Shown: piece by piece, positions 1 through 9,127 of the stretch | Position numbering within the stretch: position 1 is the first letter of the stretch | Layout of the letters: every line of letters starts with the position of its first letter | DNA from: an uncultured cyanobacterium | GTDB taxonomy: Bacteria > Cyanobacteriota > Cyanobacteriia > Leptolyngbyales > Leptolyngbyaceae | NCBI GenBank assembly: GCA_963766075.1 | Contig: CAVYAN010000007.1 | Span: 1 to 22,556 of the forward strand | Reading direction: 5' to 3' | Length of the DNA: 22,556 nt | The notes under the pieces: model-generated | What the model saw: the letters and a program-made list of their open reading frames with translations, nothing else | Databases searched by the model: none | What the model was told of the DNA's origin: nothing | Translations under genes and position numbers: made by a program

Positions 1-279
1 TTGCTCCTGGCCGCGGCCATGTTGATTGCCATTGTCGTTGCGGTGGTCGTTGTCGAGGAAGGTCGGCGCAACATGCTCGACTGGCATGACCAACGGGGAT
101 TGAGTTTTTTACAATTAGGTTTACGCGAAATTAAACGGTTGGCTTATCAACATCTTCCCATTCCTCGGTTAGCCACCTTACCTCGAAAGAATCCTCCACC
201 GGCCACGGCTTCTCTGAAAAAACGAGTGCAGATAGAAACGCGCATTGAGTTCTCCCGCGTCACCGTATTCTCATCTTGA
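1..279 (+). CDS. C-terminal part of a DDE transposase (IS4-like), cut by the window edge
   Basis: The tail 'RRNMLDWHDQRGLSFLQLGLREIKR' resembles cyanobacterial IS4-type transposase C-termini. It is followed by an IS-end-like 'AAGTTTTCTGCACCACTAAG' ending at ~307. Confidence 0.6.
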   Translation: MLLAAAMLIAIVVAVVVVEEGRRNMLDWHDQRGLSFLQLGLREIKRLAYQHLPIPRLATLPRKNPPPATASLKKRVQIETRIEFSRVTVFSS

Positions 280-358
280 GACTCAAGAAGTTTTCTGCAC
301 CACTAAGATGCACCACATCATAAATGCCATAGGGCACGGCCTTGGCTCGGGCATCTTT

Positions 359-425
359 AGAGGATGTCTGAGAAGTTAACAGCTACGCTAGCCGTCTGAG
401 CATGAGTCGAATCATGGCACCCTAT
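359..425 (+). mobile_element. Possible left-end stub of an IS5-family element interrupted by IS701
   Basis: AGAGGATGTCTGAGAAGT (359-376) resembles a cyanobacterial IS terminal repeat. An ORF start MSRIMAPY (402-425) is cut at the IS701 left end. Confidence 0.35.
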
Positions 426-1820
426 CCCTCTTTAATCACTTTTACCAGAAGAGTTTAGAATAGGAGGTAGAGAGTTTAGGGTGTAAGCAAGACACAATGC
501 CTGCTACGAGAGAAGCTCAACCGACGATCCGCTTTGTCGATGAGTATTGCCAATTGTATAAGGACTTGTTTTCAGAAGTGCGCCGCTTTGAGGCCTTCAA
601 GTACTTACATTTGGGCATGATTAGCGAGATTAAACGGAAATCGCTGCCAGCCATTGCCAAAGCGGTTGGACTCGATAACCAACAAAACTTGCACCACTTT
701 CTGAGCGAATCTCCGTGGACAGCACCCCAGCTACGTCAGAGACGGTTGGAGATCATCTTGAAAGTGCTTAACGGTCGGTCGATGATTTTGTTAATCGATG
801 AGACTGGAGATTGTAAGAAGGGGAAAAGTACTGACTATGTCAAACGGCAATACATCGGCAACGTGGGTAAGAAAGAAAATGGCATTGTGGCGGTGACTGC
901 CTATGGGTTAGTCGATGGCATGATTTTGCCATTGACCTTTGAAGTCTACAAACCGAGAGAACGACTCAAGGATAAAGAGGAGTATCAAAGCAAGCCTCAA
1001 ATTGCAGCTCAAATGATTCGTCAACTGCAAGCAATGGGATTTGGGTTTGAACTGGTGCTCGCCGATAGTTTGTATGGCGAAAGTAAGGTCAACTTTGTGA
1101 ACGTGTTAGATGAATTAAAACTGCCTTACATCTTGGCGATTCGGAGCAATCATGCCCTGTGGCTCCCGCAAGACCAAGAGGTGACTCAGGAGCCGTGGCA
1201 GACGTTTGAGCGCACCTTTAGCAATGGCACCACTGAAGTTCGCTACATGGCAGAGGTGATTTACGGCAAGCGTCAGCGCCAGCAATATTGGCTTTTGACC
1301 ACTGACCCCGAAACCTTGCCAGACAATTCCACCTCGTTCGTCATGGTGGTTGCCCCAAGCGTCAAACTGCAAGAGATTGGCGACAACTACGGTTTTAGAA
1401 CCTGGATTGAATATGGTCTCAAGCAAGCTAAAGATGCTTTAGGTTGGGCAGACTTTCGCATGACAAGCTATGAGCAGATTGAAAAGTGGTGGGAGTTGGT
1501 CATGAGTGCGTTTTTGATGGTCAGTTTGTTTGCCGACCAGTTCAACGATTCGTGTCCACTTGCCCATCAACAGTTTGCACGACATCCCTGGTGGGACAAC
1601 CAAAGCGGTTGGAAGAACGTACTCAACAACCTGCGCTTAATCATCCAACCGTTAATTTGTTTCAACTGGCTCAAACGGTGGTTAGAGGTCTTTCCGCTCG
1701 CCTCATTGCAAACCGGGTTTGAACAATTGACACGCAAAATGGATGCGTTCATCTGCCCATTGGTGCATGAGTTAAATCTGCAACTCATCTTTTCATCCGC
1801 TTAGAGTGACCAAAGAGGGA
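425..1820 (+). mobile_element. IS701-family insertion sequence, copy 1
   Basis: Terminal inverted repeats TCCCTCTTTAATCACT (425-440) and AGTGACCAAAGAGGGA (1805-1820) surround a transposase. A second near-identical copy lies at the right end of the window. Confidence 0.9.
497..1804 (+). CDS. IS701-family transposase
   Basis: 435 aa with motifs 'LHHFLSESPW', 'LLIDETGDCKKG', 'VKRQYIGNVGK', 'VLADSLYG' and 'RTWIEYGLKQAKDALGWADF'. Confidence 0.92.
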   Translation: MPATREAQPTIRFVDEYCQLYKDLFSEVRRFEAFKYLHLGMISEIKRKSLPAIAKAVGLDNQQNLHHFLSESPWTAPQLRQRRLEIILKVLNGRSMILLIDETGDCKKGKSTDYVKRQYIGNVGKKENGIVAVTAYGLVDGMILPLTFEVYKPRERLKDKEEYQSKPQIAAQMIRQLQAMGFGFELVLADSLYGESKVNFVNVLDELKLPYILAIRSNHALWLPQDQEVTQEPWQTFERTFSNGTTEVRYMAEVIYGKRQRQQYWLLTTDPETLPDNSTSFVMVVAPSVKLQEIGDNYGFRTWIEYGLKQAKDALGWADFRMTSYEQIEKWWELVMSAFLMVSLFADQFNDSCPLAHQQFARHPWWDNQSGWKNVLNNLRLIIQPLICFNWLKRWLEVFPLASLQTGFEQLTRKMDAFICPLVHELNLQLIFSSA

Positions 1821-2452
1821 TACGCCGCCCAAAGGATACTCAGATGAAGTCAAAGCGCAATGTTTGAAAATGTACGTCAATGGCATGGGATTTCGAGGCA
1901 TTGAACGCGTCACAGGCGTGCATCACACCACCGTGATTAATTGGGTTAGGCAAGTCGGAGAACTCCTACCTGATGCTGACGACCCAGAGACCATTCCCCA
2001 AGTCGGAGAACTCGACGAACTGGAAACGTTTGTGCGCTCAAAAAAACAAAATCTGGCTCTGGACAGCCGTTGACCACTTTAAGCAAGGGATTTTAGACTG
2101 GGTATTAGGTGACCACAGTGCCGAAACCTTCAAGCCTCTATGGGCCATTGTGGCAACTTAGAAATGCTATCTCTACGTCACCGTTCGCGTAGCGTTGCCG
2201 AAGGCATTAGGCTGGTCAGTCTATCCAGGATTTATTCCAGACGGCGACCAGATTGTTAGCAAGACTTACATGACACGGGTAGAAGGTGAAAACACTCGGT
2301 TGCGACACTACTTGGCGCGACTGCATCGCAAGACACTTTGTTATTCCAAATCAGAGGAAATGCTGAGACACTCGATTCGCTTGCTACTGCACTACCTCAA
2401 ATTCTGGGATGTTCCGATTCCTCATTGATTCATAGCTTCATTCAGCAACGCC
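1821..2452 (+). pseudogene. 5'-truncated IS1-family element (InsA/InsB) with a nonsense codon
   Basis: InsA HTH 'MYVNGMGFRGIERVTGVHHTTVINWV', 'ELDELETFV', slippery A7C at 2040-2047 and InsB 'MTRVEGENTRLRHYLARLHRKTLCYSKS'. TAG at 2159-2161 lies where Trp is expected. The right end TTCAGCAACGCC finishes at 2452. Confidence 0.88.
2184..2209. repeat. Small dispersed repeat-like in-frame insertion (~24 nt) in insB
   Basis: The conserved InsB 'YVTDGW' reads 'YVT-VRVALPKAL-GW'. The insert TTCGCGTAGCGTTGCCGAAGGCAT contains the mini-hairpin TGCC-GAA-GGCA. Confidence 0.6.
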
Positions 2453-2508
2453 GCAAATTGTCACAACAGTCCCTAGAATTAGCTTAGTTTGCACATGGGA
2501 GATTCATC

Positions 2509-3340
2509 ATGCGATCGCTCAACCTGCCTTCTGGTGCCACCATCCCCGTTCTCGGTCAGGGTACTTGGCGTATGGGCGAGAATCCGCAAGCGCGATCGCA
2601 GGAAATCGCGGCCTTGAAATTTGGCATCGACTTGGGTCTGACCTTAATCGACACCGCCGAAATGTACGGTGAAGGCGGAGCTGAGGAAATTGTCGCCGCC
2701 GCGATTCAGGGGCAGCGATCGCGCCTCTTTCTGGTCAGCAAAGTCTACCCCCACAACGCCACGCGACGGGGCACAATCCAAGCGTGCGAGCGCAGTCTCA
2801 AACGGCTCAAAACCGATTACCTCGACCTGTACCTGTTGCATTGGCGCGGTTCTGTACCCCTCGCCGAAACCTTTGCCGCCTTGCTCGAACTCCGCCAAGC
2901 CGGAAAGATTCGTGATTTTGGCGTCAGCAATTTTGACCCAGATGATTTAGTCGAAGCGCGTCAGTTTGACCACAATCTGACAGCAACCAATCAAGTTCTG
3001 TACAATCTCAGCCGCCGTGGCATTGAATGGGATGTGCTGCCATTGTGTCGGCAGGAAAGGATTCCTGTGATGGCCTATTCCCCGATCGAGCAAGGGCGGT
3101 TGCTGCAAAATCCGGCATTGAGTGCGATCGCTGACGCGCTTAAACGTCACTCCCGCGCAAGTTGCGATCTCATGGCTGCTGCATCAAGACAATGTCGTGG
3201 TGATTCCAAAATCGAGGCAGCGCGATCGCATTGGAGAAAACCATGCGGTATTGGAGATGACGCTGAGTCAAGCTGATTTGGTGGCATTGGATAAGGCATT
3301 TCCGCCGCCTACGCGATCACAACCCCTGGAAATGCTGTAG
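2509..3340 (+). CDS. Aldo/keto reductase, split by a +1 frameshift near 3143
   Basis: 'LGQGTWRMG', 'IDTAEMYG', 'LVSKVYP', 'DYLDLYLLHW' and 'GVSNF' are in frame 1. The C-terminus 'TPAQVAISWLL..VVIPKS' continues in the next frame. Span 832 nt = 3n+1. Confidence 0.9.
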
Positions 3341-3565
3341 GTAGGTAGCAGATCGTGGAGCCTCAAAAATGAGGCGTCTAGACTGTGGCGATCGCTCAGT
3401 CACGCCCTGGGCGAAAAAGTCACCAAATCAAATTTCAGGGAAGCCATCCACCGCCACCATCAACGCACCGGACGCCGAGACAGCCAATCTTTGGATGCCT
3501 CGTAGCTTCCGTCGTGCCAAACCGCACATCGACCACTGACCATCCCGCATGAGTAGAGGCAGGGC

Positions 3566-4438
3566 ATGAATGTAGCCTTCGCGCCGTTGGTGCGCAGTTT
3601 TTCCAGCTTTGGCTATTTATTTAGCATCAACGAGTCCGTATCCGTTAATTGGATCGCCGATACTGCCCTCAAGCAGGTGATCACGAATTTAGTGACCACG
3701 GCTCCCTGTCCCCAGCCAGATGTCTGGGCGCGGTACTTTCTGCTTCAGGTGCGAGCCGAGGATTGGGTCACCCTGATTCCCTTGCTGCATCCGGAAGCAT
3801 GGCAGCATCCCGTCAAAGCCGCGATCGCCCAGTTCCGCCGGATTCCCCGACAGGCTGCACTGTATGCCGTGGCACAGCAGCGCATTGACCAAGCCGCCCA
3901 ACGGATTCTCGCTATTGCCCATAAACACTATCAAAAAGGTGAACTAGAGCAGGCGATCCGACTGGCTCAGGCCACGCCCCAGTCGAGTGTTTTGTATACG
4001 CAAGGGCAGGAAAAAGTTCAGCAATGGGTACAAGTTTGGAACAAGGATAAAAATCATTTCGCGAAGGCGACCCAAGCCAACGCCAAACCAACCCAAATCC
4101 TTAAAGAACGCGAACAAATCAAGCATCCCTATTGGAAGCAGAAAGTCGGACCGTTAGTGGCTGAAACTCAAGTGGCGTTGCAATCGCGAGCGATTCAGCG
4201 CCAGTCAGCGATCGCTGCGATCGCCCCACCCACCTATCTGGCCCACGTACCGGTCTTGGCCCCAGCCAACGATCCGCCTCCGCCAGTTTACCAGCCCGCT
4301 CCAGCGCCGATGAACGCAGCACCGGTGAATACAGCGTCGGTGCGATCTCGCCCTCCTGCGTCCCAGCCCGTTACATCCACTTCAGCATCCGCCGAAATGT
4401 TCAGCGTTTTATCTCGGCTGCCACTCAGTAAAAACTGA
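3566..4438 (+). pseudogene. Apparently chimeric ORF made of fragments of unrelated cyanobacterial genes
   Basis: The N-part (to ~3820) resembles the N-terminus of cyanobacterial sigma-70-like proteins. The middle is a helical-repeat domain ('AQQRIDQAAQRILAIAHKHYQKGELEQAIRLAQ'), then a Pro-rich tail that runs into antisense WD40 sequence. Confidence 0.45.
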
Positions 4439-4720
4439 CCATCCGGGCTATAGGCGACGGAGGTGACCACGTAGGTATGTCCGCCTTGGGGAGTGCCGTA
4501 GCGTGATCTCACAATGGCCTGCGGGGTTTCCCATACGGGATCTGCTACAGGTTGACCGGAGGAATTACCACTTGGTGAAAGATAGTTGGAGAGCTGACAG
4601 CGGGTGGTCTGTTCACCAACGGGGTGGGCCAAGGCAACGGATTCCAGCCCAGTCAGAGAAGTCGCCGTCAAAATCAGGCTGAGAAAAAGTGCCGCAAGAA
4701 AGCGAACGCCAAATTTAATC
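4395..4720 (-). pseudogene. Truncated WD40-repeat protein (signal-like N-terminus plus one repeat)
   Basis: 'GHTYVVTSVAYSPDGQFLLSGSRDKTLNI' is one canonical WD40 repeat. A hydrophobic stretch 'RFLAALFLSLILTAT' lies upstream. No further repeats follow. Confidence 0.65.
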
Positions 4721-5179
4721 GACGGATAGAACTCTAGCTAGCTGACACCTACACTGAGCAAGGGGTTGGGAAAGTATCATTAAAAACTAATCGGAGTGAG
4801 TGAGCTTACGTGCTATCACGAATTCAACACGTGATATTCGCTACATTCACTTCTTCGGAGAGGTGGGCATCCGTCAGGATGACTTATCTCTAGTTTTGAT
4901 GAATTTCCCATTGGAGAGAAAATATCGGGTATTCCTGTCTGCTGGGAGATCTTTCCGATAACTGCATCAATCTGAACTGCTGCGATTTTCCAGGATCCTG
5001 AGTCGCGCTACTTTCTCAAGCAACTGCTGGCTAACCACGTCTCACCGATCTTGATCAGTACGGTTTTGGCTGTAAATTGCTTAGGGGCTGTAAAGAAGCA
5101 ACTTCATGGCTTTAGGTGAGAAGTCCTAGTCATAAGCGTAGAAGATGCTTGAAACTATGGAGTTATTTTTTACAGCGCC

Positions 5180-6373
5180 TTAGGTGAGATCAGGGGGGCG
5201 GAGATTAGTAAAGTTGGTTGCACCGTAATGTCGATCAATCGTTTTGGCACTGGTTCCGGTCCATCTGCCAATAGCCGTACTATTAATATGAGCCTCTACA
5301 CACAAGCTAATGAACGTGTGCCTGCACTGATAACTCTTTCGATATGGAATATTACTCTTCTCCAAGATAGACTGCCACGCTCGGTTTGCAAAATTATGTT
5401 GGTCAAGGAATTTGCCCTTGGGGCTCGGAAATAAAAATCCTTCAGGGTTGTAAATTTCTTCTCTTAAATCATCCAAAATAGCTCTAACTTCTGGTGTCAT
5501 GGGAAAATCTCGCTTACGCTGAGTCTTTAAACCCTCTTTCAGAACTAGACCCTTTTCAGATACAACCACCGACTGCCTAAACTTGACCACAGATTCACCA
5601 ATGTGCTTCCACCGCAACGCAATCGCCTCAGAAGGGCGAGCACCCGTGAAGAAAAGAAATTTTACGTAGTTCGTGTAGTGCTTGTAGTAGCGATCGCTGG
5701 CAAAGCTGGCGATGATCAGGTCACGCTCAGCCTTGGTGAACGGATTGACATCCTCATCTTCAGATACCCCTTTGGGAACTCTGAGCTTCATGGTCAGAAA
5801 AGGATTGTCTTGAGTGAGCCCCTCTTCCACGGCCCAGTTACAGCATGCTTTTAACTGAGTCAAGCACCGCTTAGCGGCATCCGGCGTAAGAGTTGCCAAT
5901 AGATGGTCACGGATAAGCGTGGCATCTTCCAACGATTGGCTCGGAAACCTGCCAATATGATTTTTGTGTTTGGTGAAGTCCTTTGCGTAGGTACTGGGAC
6001 TGACTTGAGGTTTCTTAAACTGCGAATATTTCTCCCAAAGTTCATCCAGGGAGGGTTGGGATTTCGGGGGGGCATTGGGGGAAATTGGGGGAATGGACGA
6101 AACGGTGGTGAGGGAAGCCTTAGGCTTGTATTTGCTGAGGCTCAAATCAACCTCACCGTAGTCAATATCGCGCTGGATCTCCCGCACCTTGTCTCCGACC
6201 CGTTGGCGATTGAGAGGGGTGTCCTCGTACCCCGTGGAAATATAGAAACGCTTCCGCTGGATTTCGCCATTTTCTTCCACGGGATATGAAAAGACGATTT
6301 GCAAGCGCCCCTTTGTGCTTTTGAATTGGACTGAACCCTTACTGGCCTTGGATTGCTTTTCCTTGGAGTACAT
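5180..6373 (-). CDS. Tyrosine recombinase/integrase with N-terminal arm-DNA-binding domain
   Basis: 397 aa with 'FFTGARPSEAIALRW', 'LKTQRKR', 'YQCRHTF' and 'IDRHY'. The N-terminus 'GRLQIVFSY..RKRFYISTG' is typical of cyanobacterial integrases. It lies next to a tRNA fragment. Confidence 0.93.
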   Translation of the reverse strand: MYSKEKQSKASKGSVQFKSTKGRLQIVFSYPVEENGEIQRKRFYISTGYEDTPLNRQRVGDKVREIQRDIDYGEVDLSLSKYKPKASLTTVSSIPPISPNAPPKSQPSLDELWEKYSQFKKPQVSPSTYAKDFTKHKNHIGRFPSQSLEDATLIRDHLLATLTPDAAKRCLTQLKACCNWAVEEGLTQDNPFLTMKLRVPKGVSEDEDVNPFTKAERDLIIASFASDRYYKHYTNYVKFLFFTGARPSEAIALRWKHIGESVVKFRQSVVVSEKGLVLKEGLKTQRKRDFPMTPEVRAILDDLREEIYNPEGFLFPSPKGKFLDQHNFANRAWQSILEKSNIPYRKSYQCRHTFISLCVEAHINSTAIGRWTGTSAKTIDRHYGATNFTNLRPPDLT

Positions 6374-6434
6374 AATTTTGCTCGGGGGTAAAGAGTGTTT
6401 GTACTATTCGGATTGTAGCGAGTTGGCTCAAAAA

Positions 6435-6480
6435 ATTCCCCCAATTTTCCCCCAATCTGTCCCCCAAACTGACCCAAACC
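6435..6480. repeat. CCCC(C)AA repeats, candidate integrase arm-type sites
   Basis: Three CCCC(C)AA motifs at ~11-12 bp spacing lie between the integrase start and the att core. Opposite-strand TTGGGGGAA repeats occur inside int at ~6075-6093. Confidence 0.4.
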
Positions 6481-6572
6481 GGTCTGAAAATAGAACAGGG
6501 GTAGGGTTGGCTCATCCATTAAAAAAGCTCCGAACCCTTTACAGGTGGAGCCTTTTACTTGATTTCATTGAA

Positions 6573-6622
6573 TGCCAGGAACCGGACTTGAACCGGTGAC
6601 ACGAGGATTTTCAGTCCTCTGC
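6573..6622 (-). other. 3' 50 nt of tRNA-Phe(GAA), att core
   Basis: Minus strand GCAGAGGACTGAAAATCCTCGTGTCACCGGTTCAAGTCCGGTTCCTGGCA gives the anticodon arm, T arm and 3' acceptor strand. The 5' acceptor strand and D loop are absent. Confidence 0.9.
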
Positions 6623-6920
6623 CGTAAAACACCTGTACCCATACATCTCTAGCTGAAAAGCTTATGGGCAAAGGCTTTATTGTTTGAACAGATGTACCAA
6701 AATATGCCGAAAAACACTGAGAGATTGTGCAAATTTCGGGAAGAATCTGGGAAGCCCATCACTGGGAGTGTGAATCAATATTTTTCTCTAGGCATCAATA
6801 ACCCCATCAGAGTCCACATTCTTACCTAGAAAACTGCAAGCATGTCAGCAAACACTTTTTTAACGGCTGAAACCTTTACACATCAACGGGTTTACCCTGC
6901 TTGCATTTGTGCAAGCAGGC

Positions 6921-6988
6921 TGTCAGCAAATCAGAAAAATGCAAGCAAATCAGAAAAATGTCAGCAAATCGGGTGAATGCAAGCAAAA
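6921..6988. repeat. Four tandem 19-bp-period repeats, TG(TC/CA)AGCAAA core
   Basis: Units start at 6921, 6940, 6959 and 6978. Extra cores lie at 6835-6852 and 6910, with an inverted one at 6898. Confidence 0.8.
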
Positions 6989-7069
6989 CTCCCTCCAATC
7001 AACACAACACAACATCAATCAGCGCGTATATCATAGAAGAGGCGTTAGCACAATAGCTTAGAGGAAAAA

Positions 7070-7807
7070 ATGGAAATCAACGAAGAACAGCAAACCGACA
7101 ACAACGACCTGAATGTTCAATTGGCAGCGGCGTTAGAGGAAATCGACACGCTCAAAGAAGCCAACCTTTTAGGTGAGAAGCAATTGAGCAAGGCAGTGGC
7201 ACAGATTGAAGCCCTGACGGCTGACACCACCAAAGACGTTAAAGACATCCGTGATGCATACGAATCCCGCTTCCAGGGGCTTACAGCGGCGATCACGAAG
7301 CAAGCCTTTATCAAAGAGCTGGGTGGTGATGCAGAAGTGGCTGATTTTCTCTATGAGAAATACAAGAATCGCTTAGACATGGACACCGATGATTTCTCCA
7401 TCACAGTCCTTTCAGACAAAGGAAAACCTGAGTATGTGCGCGGTGGCCCTAAAACCGTTGCTGACTTTGCCGGGGAAGTAAAAGCGACTCACAAAGGCTT
7501 CTTCCAAGCCCCGGACACCGCAGAGGGAGGCGTGCGCTACATCACCCAGCAGCAAGCCCTCGATGCTTCCTTTCTGCGGCGTGAGGGTATCACGCTTGAT
7601 GCCATGGGTGATGGCAGGGTAGTGATTGATCGGGATGGGTCAAAGACGGGTGCGATCGCAACCAAGCAAGCCCCGACATCTAAGGGAGCGTTGAAAATCA
7701 CCCGCGCTGAAATGCGGAATACCCGCGCCTGGTGTCATCAAAACGGAGTCCCAGCCACCGAATTCTTGAGCAAACTCAACGCCAACGAAATCGCGATTGT
7801 CGATTAA
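7070..7807 (+). CDS. Phage capsid scaffolding-like coiled-coil protein
   Basis: RBS AGAGGA precedes an acidic coiled-coil N-half. 'VLSDKGKP..KTVADFAGEVKATHKGFFQAP..GG' resembles scaffold C-terminal regions. It lies upstream of a terS-like gene. Confidence 0.5.
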   Translation: MEINEEQQTDNNDLNVQLAAALEEIDTLKEANLLGEKQLSKAVAQIEALTADTTKDVKDIRDAYESRFQGLTAAITKQAFIKELGGDAEVADFLYEKYKNRLDMDTDDFSITVLSDKGKPEYVRGGPKTVADFAGEVKATHKGFFQAPDTAEGGVRYITQQQALDASFLRREGITLDAMGDGRVVIDRDGSKTGAIATKQAPTSKGALKITRAEMRNTRAWCHQNGVPATEFLSKLNANEIAIVD

Positions 7808-7848
7808 CCACAAGTTTGTGTGCGTGCTGACGACCTAATAAGTGTCAC

Positions 7849-7895
7849 AAACCCCTAAGCGCTGTCTCGCACACGCAGTGTTCAGGGGGTTTCTT
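7849..7895 (+). terminator. Stem-loop between the scaffold-like and terS-like genes
   Basis: AAACCCCT-AAGCGCTG...CAGTGTT-C-AGGGGGTTT followed by CTTCT. Confidence 0.4.
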
Positions 7896-7917
7896 CTATA
7901 GGATTCAAAAAAAAGCC

Positions 7918-8403
7918 ATGACATTGACTGTGAAGCAAGCTCAGGCGGTGAGCTTGCGCCTACAAGGGTTGAAAGGTTCAGAGATCGCCAAACAACTCAA
8001 GGTAAAAGATGCCACGGTCTACAGGTGGTTCACACTGCCTGAAGTGAAGGCGGCGATCGCAGCGTTAGGGGCAGAGCTTGAGGCGGATTCGGTAGACTCG
8101 CTTAAGGAACTTCGATCCAAGTCTCAACAGCTTGTGCAGCAAGCGCTTACTGTCTTGGGGACAGAACTGAAGACAGCGGAAAGCCTTCCTGAAAAGCTGC
8201 TGGTGACGACTGAAATCTTAAGCTACTACCGAGCGCTTCACCCGGTCCAGAATTCAGCGGCGGCAATCACGGCACAGGCCAAAGTTGAGGACGGTGCGCC
8301 GACTGCCAGCGTAGTTGTCTACATTCCCGACAACGGGCGCGGCGATAGTGCCATTCCAAAGCGGACCCTAGTGGATGCCGGAAACGGTGTTGACTTTTAT
8401 TGA
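7918..8403 (+). CDS. HTH protein, terminase small subunit-like
   Basis: N-terminal HTH 'GSEIAKQLKVKDATVYRW', a helical middle region and a C-terminal 'VVVYIPDNGR' strand motif seen in TerS proteins. Confidence 0.6.
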   Translation: MTLTVKQAQAVSLRLQGLKGSEIAKQLKVKDATVYRWFTLPEVKAAIAALGAELEADSVDSLKELRSKSQQLVQQALTVLGTELKTAESLPEKLLVTTEILSYYRALHPVQNSAAAITAQAKVEDGAPTASVVVYIPDNGRGDSAIPKRTLVDAGNGVDFY

Positions 8404-8521
8404 GCTTCTCCCGAAAGCGAAAAAAGATACTAAATTAATGCTAATTTTTGCCCCAAAAAAACGACTAAACCCTGTACCAAATGACACAGAGACAATACGT
8501 AGTAAATCAAGAGGTTCTGGA

Positions 8522-8944
8522 ATGAAATTTTTCAAAGTATTTGCGTTCGCACTTCTGGTACTGATGATTGGTTTTGGGAGTCCAGCTTGGGCGGCCACCG
8601 ATCAAAGTGATTTTTTAAGCGGTTCTACCGTGTACCTCCCATATTCTGGTGCGATTCCCGTCAGTTCCGGTAAATTTGAATGCTTGCGAATCGACAGTAC
8701 ATCGGGTGTATTGGCGCTGAATTTACAGACGTATAACTTGGGGATAAATTCTGTCAGTGGAGATGCAATAAGTCTCAAAATAAAAAGCGTTTTTGCACGA
8801 GCGCTTTTGCTGACTTCGGGTAGATATTGGATAGGAGGTAAACCATTGGCGCACAACGTTTATGGGTTTCAAAAATATGTGGACGTTATTCTTCCTAGTG
8901 GCACGGCTGTTGCTGTGGCTGCGGTTAAGGGACAATCAGAATAG
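8522..8944 (+). CDS. Secreted hypothetical protein (140 aa; start reassigned from 8375)
   Basis: RBS AGAGG then a classic signal peptide MKFFKVFAFALLVLMIGFGSPAWA. Confidence 0.7.
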   Translation: MKFFKVFAFALLVLMIGFGSPAWAATDQSDFLSGSTVYLPYSGAIPVSSGKFECLRIDSTSGVLALNLQTYNLGINSVSGDAISLKIKSVFARALLLTSGRYWIGGKPLAHNVYGFQKYVDVILPSGTAVAVAAVKGQSE

Positions 8945-9127
8945 TAAACGGCGGATATACGTCGCTCGTAGATAGAAACGGTTATGGCGTAGTGACAACG
9001 AATTGCCCTGCCGAGAAAAAACCCGACGAAAATCCACAGAGAGCACCAATCCCCGTCGTACACCTTTATCCCAAAGGAGTATTCATCCCTAACTTGATTA
9101 GATTTTGACAAGATTCTCAGTGATTAG

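Noticed and set aside
4778..4800. TAATCGGAGTGA as a degenerate tRNA-Pro att repeat matching TAATCGGGATGA at 20133
   Set aside because: Only 7 contiguous identical bases, which is compatible with chance.
4860..5170. Possible gene downstream of the integrase
   Set aside because: The minus-strand frames checked are interrupted by stops and show no recognisable motif.
6573..6622. Functional tRNA-Phe gene
   Set aside because: The 5' acceptor strand and D loop are missing, so it is treated as an att core.
8375..8521. N-terminal extension of the 189-aa ORF
   Set aside because: It overlaps the terS-like gene, and the RBS and signal peptide point to ATG 8522.
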